Shown here: positions 32,694-43,312 of the stretch, in pieces
How positions within the stretch are numbered: the first letter of the stretch is position 1
How the letters are laid out: each line of letters starts with the position of its first letter
Assembly: GCA_020184695.1 (NCBI GenBank)
Contig: JAANOX010000011.1
Coordinates: 62,001 to 126,000 of the forward strand
Length of the DNA stretch: 64,000 nt
Reading direction: 5' to 3'
Source: Histomonas meleagridis 2922-C6/04-290x
Taxonomy: Eukaryota > Protista > Parabasalia
Position numbers and translations under genes: made by a program
Notes under the pieces: generated by a model
Databases searched by the model: none
What the model was told of the DNA's origin: nothing
What the model saw: the letters and a program-made list of their open reading frames with translations, nothing else

Positions 32694-34544
32694 GAGGAAT
32701 CGTATTTCCAGGGCATAACGGTCGTCATAAACGGTCCCATCCGTGGTAAAAGCCCGCCGAAAACTGGAAAACCCGCCAATAATATTATCCCCGCCAAAAT
32801 TGACATCACAAAACAATTATTTGAATCTCTTATATCAGACACAGATAATTTTAAATTACAATGGATCGTAATCGTGCTATTACTCTTCAAGATTAAAGAG
32901 ATAGGATATGTTTCACTTATGGGTGCATTTTTACCATTAACTATAACAGAAAGGATAAAACACTTTACAACATTTATTAAATCAATACAACAATGTTTTA
33001 TATATGTTCAACCATAAACAAAAAACAAGATCCAACATATTAATTATGATATTCCACCGATCATTGCAGAAGAATATAGTAATGTTGATGAAATCAAAAC
33101 TCTTCGTGACGCGGTGCGTTTTTTGGTATTTGTACAATGGTATTATCATCCATGAAAAAGAATATTACCCTGATGCACAAAAAGATCACCCTTTTTTGTA
33201 CGTTAAGCCAAAAATAACGTATTTTTTGATCATTTTTCTTAGATATCTTTAAATGACGAAATCATCCAAATGTGATGTTTCTTCCTTTCAAGTTATTTAA
33301 AAAGTTAATAAACTTCTTTTAATATTATTATAAAATAACATTCTAATTTTTAATGTAGTGTACGTACACGATTATGTAGTATTTATACTATATAATATAA
33401 TAGTAATAATATATATAATAGTAATAATATATATAATAGTAATAATATATATAATAGTAATAATATATATAATAGTAATAATATATATAATAGTAATAAT
33501 ATATATAATAGTAATAATATATATAATAGTAATAATATATATAATAGTAATAATATATATAATAGTAATAATATATTATTTATTATAATCCTGACATTAG
33601 CATATATCATACCAGAAGCTTATGAAAAATTAATTAAATTTATTTTATTCACTGATTTAAATATAATTTACATTACTATTTATTTATTATTTGATATTGT
33701 TTACACAATATAATAGTAGTTTGATATTGTTCACAATATAATATCAAAAAATAAAATATAATCAGAAATGTAGATTTTGTTATCCGCTTATGTGATGATT
33801 ATATGAATTTTTTATTATGCTATATAAGTTGACTAAAACCATAATGAAAATATTATAGCTTATAATACCTAATTACATATAGTTAATCTTGCAATTTATA
33901 GATATACACACTGACACACATAGACCCACTCAATGATAATAATCAACTTATATATGTTTTTTATAAAAATTATTATTTATTTGACAACGAAATTGTTAAT
34001 CTTAATTTTTTTTTATTTCAGAACAAATTTTGATCATGTTATATCACATATGCTATATATTTCATAAATAATATATAATAAATTAAAAAAAATACGAATT
34101 AAACGATTCATACATATTTTTAATCAAATTAGAATTCAACAAAATTTTCATTATATTCTATTTCATCTGTATTAATAGACAATTTTTTGCTGCATTTATA
34201 TTAATATTCGAAATATATATTTGATTTTATACACATAAACAAAGTTCACATGTTTATGACTGTTATGATAATAAGATACTTTCAACCTGAGATATACAAG
34301 ATGATTTATGAAATTGGATTTTTTTTTATTCAATTTTGATCAATGCAAAACGACAATTATTGCATTCAATTTTTTTTATTTAATTTTATATGATACAAAA
34401 CGGCATTTATTTTATTCAATTTTATTAATTCAATTTCATATGGCCTAAAGAGTCACTTATCGAAAAAAAATTAAAAATTTGAAAGCATAAACTATACAAT
34501 AATTCAATGGAAACGACCGTTATGCCCTGGAAATATGATTCCTC
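32694..34544. mobile_element. Non-autonomous TIR DNA transposon, Mutator-like (MULE), 1851 bp
   Basis: 32-bp TIRs at 32694-32725 and 34513-34544 (31/32 match; GAGGAATCRTATTTCCAGGGCATAACGGTCGT). 9-bp direct repeat AATTTTTAT at 32685-32693 and 34545-34553. No intact transposase. Confidence 0.85.
33396..33576. repeat. 18-bp tandem minisatellite (GTAATAATATATATAATA)x10
   Basis: The single G recurs at 33403, 33421, ... 33565 with an exact 18-nt period. Confidence 0.95.
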
Positions 34545-34608
34545 AATTTTTATTTCTTAATTTTGTCGTTTGTTGGTTTATATCATTAGAGGTGTTACTA
34601 ATAGAATA

Positions 34609-37600
34609 TTAATCAGAATGGATTCGAAATAGATATATATTATGAAAATCCATTTCCACTATTAACTTTGGTGAATTCTTTGGTTTTTTATCTGTTTGGG
34701 TTCCTATTTTAATTTTGGATGGAAGGTTTGATTTGTTAGTTTGTTCTGTTTGTTGATTTTGAGTTATTGAGGGTTTTAGTGATGCGTTTTCAATTGTTTC
34801 TCCTTTCTCTTGAAGCAATTTAACTATTTGTGTTTTACCATTCGATTGTGCATAATCTAGTGCTGTTTTATATAATTTTAATAATTTCCAAATTTTATTT
34901 TGAATTTTTGAATTTTAGAATTAAACATTGTATAAATCGAATCAATATTTTTAATATTGATATCAATTCCTTCTTGTTCAAGAAGTAAAATAACTATAAA
35001 ACTATAACCTCTTAAAGACGCATACATAAGTGCTGTATAAAATATTTTATATAATTTCCAAATATTGTATTAAAATTTCAAAATATTAAAACAAAAATTA
35101 TTTTAAATAAATAAATATCTTTTGCATTTACATCAACTCTTTTATCTGCAAGAAGTAATTTAACAATATTTGTTTTCAAATTTGTAGCTGCCGCTATAAT
35201 CGCAGTTTGGAAATTTTTGAAAAAATTCCAAATATTATTTAGAAATCTTAAATTGATAACTAAAATTTTCAATCAAATAAAGAAATATTTTGAGCATTTA
35301 CATCAATTCCTTGTTCAAGAAGTAATTCAACAATCTTATTTACACCATTTAAAGATGCATGAATAAGTGCTGTATTAAATATTTTATATTATTCCCAAAT
35401 ATTATTGGATTACAATAATTCACAAAAAGAATTATTAAATGAAATAAACTAATATCCTTTTGATTGATATCAATTCCTTTATTCTCAATAAGTAATTTAA
35501 TTATTTCTGTATAGCCATTCATTGATGCATAAATAAGTGCTGTATTAAATATTTTATATTATTCCCAAATATTATTGGATTACAATAATCCATAAAAAGA
35601 ATTATTAAATGAAATAAACAAATATCCTTTTGATTGATATCAATTCCTTTATTCTCAATAAGTAATTTAATTATTTCTGTATAGCCATTCATTGATGCAT
35701 AAATAAATGCGGTATAATATAATTTAAATAATTACCAAATATTCCTTTGAAATATCAAATTAACAAAATAAATTTTAAAACAAATATTTAAAAATTTTGT
35801 GCATTTACGTCTATTTTGATTTGTCCTAGAAGACTTCTTAAATTTGTTTGAAAAGAAGAAAGAGCTTGGGGAGATAGAAAAGGAGAAAAAGTTGTTTTAA
35901 ATATTTTAAAGAATTTTCATACATTATTTTAAAATGTTATTATTAAATACAACAAATAAACATCATTAGAATCATTAACACTTACTTTTCTTTCAAGAAG
36001 CATTTTAACGATTTCTGTGAAACCAAATTTAGATGCATATATAAGTGATGTATTAAAAAACAGAAATATTTTCCAAGTGTTATACTTAAATTTGAAGTTA
36101 TTAAAATAAATATCAAATAAAATAAATAAATGTCGGCAGCATTGATGTCAATTTCATCTTGTTCAAGTAATAATTTAACAATTTCTTTGTAACCGAATTC
36201 AGATGCCATAATGAGCGCTGTTTTAAATTATTTGAATAATTCCCAAATATTTCATTAAAATATTTTATTATAAAAACAAAATTTAAACAAAACAAATAAA
36301 TATCTTTATTATAAAGATAAATATCTTTTCTTTCAAGAAGTAATTTAACTATTTCAACATGATTATTTAAAGTTGCTTTCATAAGTGCTGTTTCATATCT
36401 TTTGAATAATTTCCGAATATTATTTTGCAATATCAAATCAACAAAATAAACTTTGATTAAAATAAATAAACATTTTTTGCATCAATACTCGTACTCTCTT
36501 GCTTGAGAAATAATTTAATTATTTCTAAATAACCATTCTCTGCTGCCATCATAAATGCTGTATATAACAATTTATCAAATTTCTAAATATTATTATAAAA
36601 CATTATATTGATAAAAGCAAATATTGAAAAATACAATGAAATATCTCTATCATTTACAATAATTTTTTCTTGTTCAAGAAGTAATTTAACTAGTTCAATA
36701 TCATTATTGAGAGTTGCTTTCATAAGTGCTGTTTCAAATACTTTAAATAATTTCCAAATATCATTTTGACACATAAAACAAGATAAATTAATTTTCTTTG
36801 AATTAACATCAACTCCTTTTTGTTCCAAAGTATATTTAACAAGTTCAAAATTTCCTGACTCTGATGAATATAATAAAATATCATTTGGGATTTGATTATT
36901 TTGAAGAAAGTATTTGACAATATATAAATCGCCATTGCCTGCAGCTTCTTTAATTTTTTTAGAATCAATTTTCATTCCATTCTCTATTAAAAACAATAAA
37001 ATTTCATAGTTATGTGAAAAAATACATATTCTTCCTAAAGCTTGTAAGTTTAAATGTACATTTTGTTTTTCATAAAAATATTTAAAGATATCATTTTGAT
37101 GGAATTTAATTGCTGTTTCATATACACCATTCATTACATGGTCTTGTTCACATAAATGAATAATTTCTTCATTTCCACCTGCAACTGCATATTTATCTAT
37201 ATTGTATACATTTGCTTTATTCATAAGTAAATATTTGAAGCATTTAACTGAAGAAAAAAATGCTGCATACATTATTAATGAAACACTTTCTTCATTAATA
37301 AATGTATATCTTTCATAAATTGATGGTTGAATGTATTGATTAAAATTGAATTTTGTTTGTGATGATATTTCTTGAAGTTTATCTATTTCATCATTTCGAA
37401 TTATTTTCGCGATTTCATTTGGATTGACACCTTCTTTAATTAATTGTTTATGATGTTCCCAATCATTCTTTGAAAGTTTTTCATATTTTTCTATAATATC
37501 TTTTTCTATCTGGTTATACTCAACATCTTTGTTATAACAATAATTAAAATATTTAATATGAGCAAAATATTTAGAATAAAAATTTATTGTATCATTTGAA

Positions 37601-37959
37601 CTTCGTTCAATCATTTTCCCTAACATATAATATGTTTCTTGTGATTTAATTTTAGATATACGTTGGATAAAAACATCAATGATTTTGGGATAATTTTTAT
37701 TCATTTCTTCTTCTTTTGTTTGAATTGCTTCTAAATAATTTAAAATTATATTGATTCCATTTTTCATTGAACAAAATGAATAATAAAGTAAACTGCTTAT
37801 AATAAAATTTAATGAATATGGAAAATTTGAATCATATAATTTCATTGTTTGATCAATTGATAATAAAAAATTTTCTTCAGTCAAATTAAATATTATTTGT
37901 TTGAGTGTAATAAGCAACTCAATAGAGTTACATTGATGATCAAGATCTACTTTTTTCAT
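34609..37959 (-). CDS. DUF3447-type ankyrin-repeat gene whose units are separated by non-canonical intron-like spacers
   Basis: 458-aa first ORF (SLIMYAAFFSSVKCFKYLL, YAVAGGNEEIIHLCE), followed by stop-free ankyrin units at 36561-36472, 36391-36302, 36221-36132, 36051-35962, 35895-35794 (degenerate), 35713-35624, 35543-35454, 35373-35287, 35206-35117, 35036-34947 and 34866-34609. Expression is unproven. Confidence 0.7.
35374..35713. repeat. Recent tandem duplication of one 170-bp spacer+ankyrin unit
   Basis: 35374-35543 vs 35544-35713 match at 165/170 positions. Confidence 0.92.
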
Positions 37960-38215
37960 TCCGCAAACACAAAAAAATTTATTTAATAAACGTCTTCAAT
38001 TCAATCCCAATCGATATTGAGTAAGTCAATATCGAGGAAGTCAATATATCTGATGGTTATTTCCGATCTCCACGTAGAGTTGTTGTGTTAAAAGCATGAA
38101 ATAAAATCTCACCTTGAGATATTTTTTGAATTATTTCAAAATTAATTAAAAAGATCCTGTTTGAAAAAAAAAAAATAAAAAACAATTAAAAAGAAAGGGG
38201 ATTTTATTATTCTGA

Positions 38216-39010
38216 TTAGTTGATGACGTTAGCTTCATCGGGCGTTGAACATTCGAACACATCAAAAAACGTCAAAACCTCAAAAACAATTAAAACAGGT
38301 ACTGTCACAATGAACGGAGACAGAACTAAAGTAATTAGTGTTGTTAAAAATGACATTATAGCTGTTTTAGAATTTTGTAGAATTGATGCACCAGTCCATA
38401 AATAACAATTAATAATCGAGATATTGGAGTCTTCCAACATAAGTATTTGGGCAACTCCAAATAACCAATTCAAAATGAAACCAAAAATCAAATAAATAAT
38501 TGCCCACACAAAATCTGAAGAAAATAACGTAGTTGCAACTGTAAGTGGAGAAGTTAATAAAAACTCATTGAAGATAATTCCGATAAAAAATTTAAATGAA
38601 ATATGATTTTTGATTTCGAATAAATCTGTAAATTGAAGCTTGTTATCTTTCTTTTTCAACGCTTGCAAAACAGAGTTAATTACAGCTGCACTGAGAAACG
38701 ATCTTAAAATACGTATTGGCCAATTAGCTGTTAATTGAATTAATACCAATTTTGAATTTTCTGGTTTTTCATTACTTAATGCCCATGAAATTACCAGGAT
38801 ACCGGCGTTTCCAATTGTTTCAATAACGAAATATAAAAGTAAAATGATGGAAAAATTTAATTTGTTTTGTAAAAAAAATGAAAGAGCACGCCGTAATTTT
38901 TGTTTCATTGGTTTTGGCAAAGCTGGTGCATATCTTTTTCTCTTCCATTCTGACATTTGTTGCAATGAATCTGACAAAGGTCCGCTTGCAATTCTAAATT
39001 CTCTATCCAT
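38216..39010 (-). CDS. Uncharacterised multi-pass membrane protein
   Basis: Several hydrophobic helices. ATG 39010 has the M3-like AACGGTTA just upstream. Confidence 0.65.
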   Translation of the reverse strand: MDREFRIASGPLSDSLQQMSEWKRKRYAPALPKPMKQKLRRALSFFLQNKLNFSIILLLYFVIETIGNAGILVISWALSNEKPENSKLVLIQLTANWPIRILRSFLSAAVINSVLQALKKKDNKLQFTDLFEIKNHISFKFFIGIIFNEFLLTSPLTVATTLFSSDFVWAIIYLIFGFILNWLFGVAQILMLEDSNISIINCYLWTGASILQNSKTAIMSFLTTLITLVLSPFIVTVPVLIVFEVLTFFDVFECSTPDEANVIN

Positions 39011-39265
39011 ATTATTGGTAACCGTTAACACAACCAATATTTTTCAACTTTGAAACTTCATCAATGTTTCTATGTGATTGCAATTACCAAAATAGAAATA
39101 CATATTACCAAAACTCATTTTTTATAAATAAACAAATCGGAAATCGAAAAAAAATTTTTACATTGAAATTCATGAATTTGCTCAATGATAACTTAGTTTC
39201 AAAAATCAAAAAGCATAACGTATATAAAATAATATTTTTATTGAAAATTCAAATTCTGTTTTACA

Positions 39266-42200
39266 TTATTCCGATTCATTATCAGATTTTATATTTTTAG
39301 GTTTTGTTAGTTTAATTTTAAGCTTTGGTTGTTTCACAGACTGCGACATCTTCAGCTTAATTTTTTTCGGCACTTCCACCGAACTTTTCTCATCATTTTT
39401 CTCGTCTATTTCATAATTTCTATGGACGAACTTCAAACGAATTTTCTTTTTTGGCACTTCTTCCACAATATTTTCTTTCTCCATTACTAAATTATCAAAT
39501 TCTTTTTCATTATCTTTTCCATTTTCATTTACTATTTCTATTTCATTTATTGTTTCGTTTTCATTTTTGTTTATATTTCTTAAATCCATTGATATCGAAG
39601 TATTTAATGAATTTTTTTGTTGTTTCATATTATTCTTTTGATTTAATTGTTGTTGTAATTGCGCGTTAGAGAAAGATCTCATTGGATGTGGCGTATCGAT
39701 ATTAATAACAAGTCCGAAACTTCTTTCTGAAGTTAATTCGATTGGACAAATTCCATTTTTATAGTTCAAATAAGCAGAAGGTAATTTATCGCCGTATAAA
39801 GTTGTATATACTCTTAACGCTTCCGAACGTAACATTTTATGATTCTTTCCATGAACAGAAAGAATTTCCCATAAAGTTTCAGCAATTTCTAATGCGTTAT
39901 TTCCTAAAATGATTTTCCTTATCATATCTTCCTTCGATATATTCTCTGGTATTGATAAAAGATAAGTTTCGAATTTATCTTCATCAGTAACTTTAACATG
40001 ATTTAATACAAATCGATATAATTGACGTAAACATAATGAAGTAATATCATAAAAACCTTTTAATGCAAGACTTCGTAAATCACTAATTAATTCTTCATAT
40101 GTTACATTCTTATCAAATAACGCTAAATATAAAAGATCATTAAAAACTGATGCTCGACATTCATAATAATTAGTATCTTTAATAACAACTGATCTCATTT
40201 CTAATGTGTTTGGTTCAAAGATAGTTGTCTTTAATGATATTGCTGTTAATGCTTTATAACCAGCGTTAGTAATAATATTACAATAACTTGGAATAGATGC
40301 ATGTAATGTTAACTTAGAAAGTATTAATGATGAAATCTTTTGATAATAATCATCTGTTTCTGGCTTAATTCTTCCTAATGCTAATATTACTACTGCATTA
40401 AAGTAATCATCATTATACATATTATTCGAATTATTATTCGAACTTTCCATAATTTGTATTAACCATTTAACAATTTTCTCGGGTGTATAACCTTTACCAT
40501 CTCGAATGATAGATAAAGATTTAAGAACTTCTAATTGTACAAAATGTCGTTTCACATCTTTAAAATCATGTGGCTTAACTGTAAAGCCTTGTTGAGTTTT
40601 TTGAAAAAATTCATTTTGATACCAATCCATTAATATTTGCATATGTTTGAAATCTGTTTGTTCTTGATTAAACTTCGCTAATGCTCGTGCTGCATGACCT
40701 CTAATTGCGTAAAACACTTGCGCGTTATTTAATAATGATTCTAATGTCTTTAAAGCTTCTTCAGTATCTTTAAAATCTTCTAATGATGATATAGCTTCAT
40801 GTTGTGCATATACTGAATGTAATAATTCGATTTGATATAATAACATAAATTGTGGTAAACGTGGACGAACTCTACATATCCAACTAAGTTGTGCATCAAT
40901 AATTAACCACATAACTGCATGATGGACAATAACTGTCTTTTCTTCCCCATTGACATAAACAAATTTCTTCTTCTTTGTCTTACGTCGATGTGCAAAATAA
41001 CTAAATTGTTGTAATTGGATTTGATTCTCAACTGGAAATTGGAATTCATATGGTTGATCTAAATCTCGTAAATGGACTAACATTTGCCCAGTAAAAAATG
41101 GTACATTAGTTTTAGCAGATGGAGTTTGTGCTAATACTAACTTCATACTATTATGTCGAGCATCATTTGTAAAGTTATATGTAAATATTGGAAAGCCATT
41201 CGATGAAAGCCATTGTTGTCGAAATGTCTTAAAGTTAATGTTAGGACAAAATCGATTTAAATCAGAAAAAAAGCGCTCTGTTACAAAGCCTGGTTGTTCA
41301 TAACAAAACTTCATTAAAGGTTTCATTAATAATACAATTTGTAAATCAAAGTTCCGCATCGATCGTGCAAACATATTAACTAAAAGTTTAGCTTTCACAC
41401 GTAAAAATGGATCTTTAAATGGTTCTCCTGTTGCTGGATCAATAGCTGATAATACTATCGAAGGAAAGATATCTTCAACCATTAAATAATTAATGTCATT
41501 CCATCGTCGATCTAATCGAAAACTTTCCGAAAAAAATTTGGCCGAAAATACATCTGCAAAAAATGCAGATATTCCAATCGGAAGCCATAAGTCACGTTGT
41601 TCACTAACTGGAAATAAATAATATATAAAAAGACCAACAATAGCTTCGGCTAATCGTGGAACATTAATATAAAATACATTTACATTTCCAATAGGTGAAT
41701 TCAAGTCTGGAGGTACAAGAATTAGTCCTGGCAACACTATGACCTCTGTTAAACATGGAATGGATACAAATGAGATGGTTGAATAATAGTTTTCCTCAAA
41801 TCCAAATTTTTCATTAAATGAGGCTAACAGTTTTGGTACTGGCTTAAGAGTGTTCTGAAAGGCTTCGTCAGATACACCTGTAAAATATGAAAAAATATCA
41901 GGCGCTATGTTTTGCGATACAAATGGTCCGATGACAAATCCTAAACCAGAGGCTGTAACTGGAAATGGGATCTTAAATAACATGGTATTAACACGTTGTT
42001 GTTGATCAACGGATATAAGAGATGATTCCCCTGGGCCAATACAAATGTAAGATTGATTATATGTTACTGCTAAGGTAAAAAGAGATCGTTGGGCTAAACT
42101 ATCAATACATGGAAACCATCCAGATGGACCATCTGCTCGATTGTCTGTATAAATAATGGAATTATATTGAATTATTGATGTGGAATCTGAACGTACTTGA

Positions 42201-42550
42201 AATTCAATATGAAGCGTAACTGGAAATTGGCCTGAATAATGAATATATAAATCAGGGGATTCATTAACAATTTTTGCTACTGATGAAAAATGGGCGGCAT
42301 CTCGAACTAATTGATGACCTTTGAATAAAAATGCAGAATGTGAATCAAAATATTCATATTCAACTGGTTTTCCATTAGCACTGACTGATTTTATATCAAT
42401 TTGACGTGCATGTAGAAAAATTATTTCAGGTGGAATTGAATATGTTGACATTTCAATATCTGTAGAGCCTGTAATTAGTAGTGGATCATCTTGTACATTA
42501 ATTACTACATGTTGCTTGACAACCCTCAAAGGAGATGTTCCAAGCGACAT
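39266..42550 (-). CDS. TAF2: TFIID subunit 2-like (M1 aminopeptidase fold plus HEAT region)
   Basis: WFPCID, DLWLPIGI, KAKLL, FPIFTYNF, MLLYQIE...YAQHEAI, FYAIRGHAARAL, NNxNMYNDDYF; no HEXXH motif. Confidence 0.8.
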   Translation of the reverse strand: MSLGTSPLRVVKQHVVINVQDDPLLITGSTDIEMSTYSIPPEIIFLHARQIDIKSVSANGKPVEYEYFDSHSAFLFKGHQLVRDAAHFSSVAKIVNESPDLYIHYSGQFPVTLHIEFQVRSDSTSIIQYNSIIYTDNRADGPSGWFPCIDSLAQRSLFTLAVTYNQSYICIGPGESSLISVDQQQRVNTMLFKIPFPVTASGLGFVIGPFVSQNIAPDIFSYFTGVSDEAFQNTLKPVPKLLASFNEKFGFEENYYSTISFVSIPCLTEVIVLPGLILVPPDLNSPIGNVNVFYINVPRLAEAIVGLFIYYLFPVSEQRDLWLPIGISAFFADVFSAKFFSESFRLDRRWNDINYLMVEDIFPSIVLSAIDPATGEPFKDPFLRVKAKLLVNMFARSMRNFDLQIVLLMKPLMKFCYEQPGFVTERFFSDLNRFCPNINFKTFRQQWLSSNGFPIFTYNFTNDARHNSMKLVLAQTPSAKTNVPFFTGQMLVHLRDLDQPYEFQFPVENQIQLQQFSYFAHRRKTKKKKFVYVNGEEKTVIVHHAVMWLIIDAQLSWICRVRPRLPQFMLLYQIELLHSVYAQHEAISSLEDFKDTEEALKTLESLLNNAQVFYAIRGHAARALAKFNQEQTDFKHMQILMDWYQNEFFQKTQQGFTVKPHDFKDVKRHFVQLEVLKSLSIIRDGKGYTPEKIVKWLIQIMESSNNNSNNMYNDDYFNAVVILALGRIKPETDDYYQKISSLILSKLTLHASIPSYCNIITNAGYKALTAISLKTTIFEPNTLEMRSVVIKDTNYYECRASVFNDLLYLALFDKNVTYEELISDLRSLALKGFYDITSLCLRQLYRFVLNHVKVTDEDKFETYLLSIPENISKEDMIRKIILGNNALEIAETLWEILSVHGKNHKMLRSEALRVYTTLYGDKLPSAYLNYKNGICPIELTSERSFGLVINIDTPHPMRSFSNAQLQQQLNQKNNMKQQKNSLNTSISMDLRNINKNENETINEIEIVNENGKDNEKEFDNLVMEKENIVEEVPKKKIRLKFVHRNYEIDEKNDEKSSVEVPKKIKLKMSQSVKQPKLKIKLTKPKNIKSDNESE

Positions 42551-42754
42551 AAGGGTTTGCGCCCAATTTTCACATCACATTTCATTATCTAAATAACGTT
42601 TAAAAATAAAATTTACTAAAACAAAGATTAAACAATGAAAATATATTTTTAAGTATTGCAATAGATTTTATATGTTAACATTTGTAAAGATAGAAATGTT
42701 ATAAAAATAATAATTAAAATGTGAAAAAAAAAGTGAATGTTTTATTAACCAATC

Positions 42755-43312
42755 TTAATCACCTGGGCTTCTAAATGAGGTCCAAACATAGAATAGAATA
42801 AAGGCAATCATTACACGCTTATCTTCTTTCACAATGATACTAAGCCAACCAAGGCATGGAATTGTGGCAACAATTTTTGTTTCAACTTCCCTGTTAACAT
42901 AAAACTGTTCTCCACTGTAAAGCCAGTTATCTGGAACTTGATTATTATCACCTTTTGTTAAAACTAATTTGCTTTCTCCTTGAATATGTGTTTCAATCAT
43001 ACGATGGACAATTGGAATTGGTGATGTTTTAACATTGTAAGAACAGATTTGACCATTTGGAAAGATATCTCCCCAAGGAGGACCAGTAACAAGAAGAAGA
43101 TCACCACGAATGAAGTCAGGAGCCATAGAGTTGGAAAGAACAACAACAATTGGCATGTTATTCCTAAAGAACAAGACAAATAACATCCATAATAATACTG
43201 ATGAAAGAAGCATATTTGCTACTGATACAATTCTCTGGAAGATGTTCATAAATCCTGACTGAATTCCATCTCCAAAAAAGAATTTCGTAATGATGTCTTT
43301 GAATGTGCCCAT
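42755..43312 (-). CDS. SEC11: Signal peptidase complex catalytic subunit (S26B)
   Basis: PIVVVLSNSMAP, RGDLL, PIVHR, LTKGDNN. Confidence 0.92.
   Translation of the reverse strand: MGTFKDIITKFFFGDGIQSGFMNIFQRIVSVANMLLSSVLLWMLFVLFFRNNMPIVVVLSNSMAPDFIRGDLLLVTGPPWGDIFPNGQICSYNVKTSPIPIVHRMIETHIQGESKLVLTKGDNNQVPDNWLYSGEQFYVNREVETKIVATIPCLGWLSIIVKEDKRVMIAFILFYVWTSFRSPGD

Noticed and set aside
32646-33252. ORFs 32646-33017, 32690-32890 and 33004-33252 as a transposase
   Set aside because: Short, one starts outside the TIR, and no DDE or zinc-finger motif is recognisable; at most decayed remnants.
33358-33610. ORFs 33358-33588 (+) and 33383-33610 (-) as hydrophobic proteins
   Set aside because: Both are by-products of the 18-bp minisatellite.
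34867-36471. 80-nt spacers as 81-nt coding inserts with sequencing errors or stop-codon reassignment
   Set aside because: Nine independent identical -1 errors are implausible, stops occur close to both ends in the relevant frames, and TAA/TAG/TGA terminate normal genes in this window.
34867-36792. Canonical GT-AG splicing using the AG in ACA-GCA (Thr-Ala) as acceptor
   Set aside because: Several junctions lack that AG (ACATCA, ACCGCA, ACTGCG), most spacers have no GT donor at the start, and the product would lose the conserved Thr.
34867-36792. U12-type AT-AC introns
   Set aside because: No ATATCCT donor; ending at the AC of the Thr codon breaks the frame or deletes the Thr; the AC is explained by protein constraint.
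34867-36792. CRISPR array (170-nt periodicity)
   Set aside because: The repeated part is protein-coding and diverged, the context is eukaryotic, and no cas genes are present.
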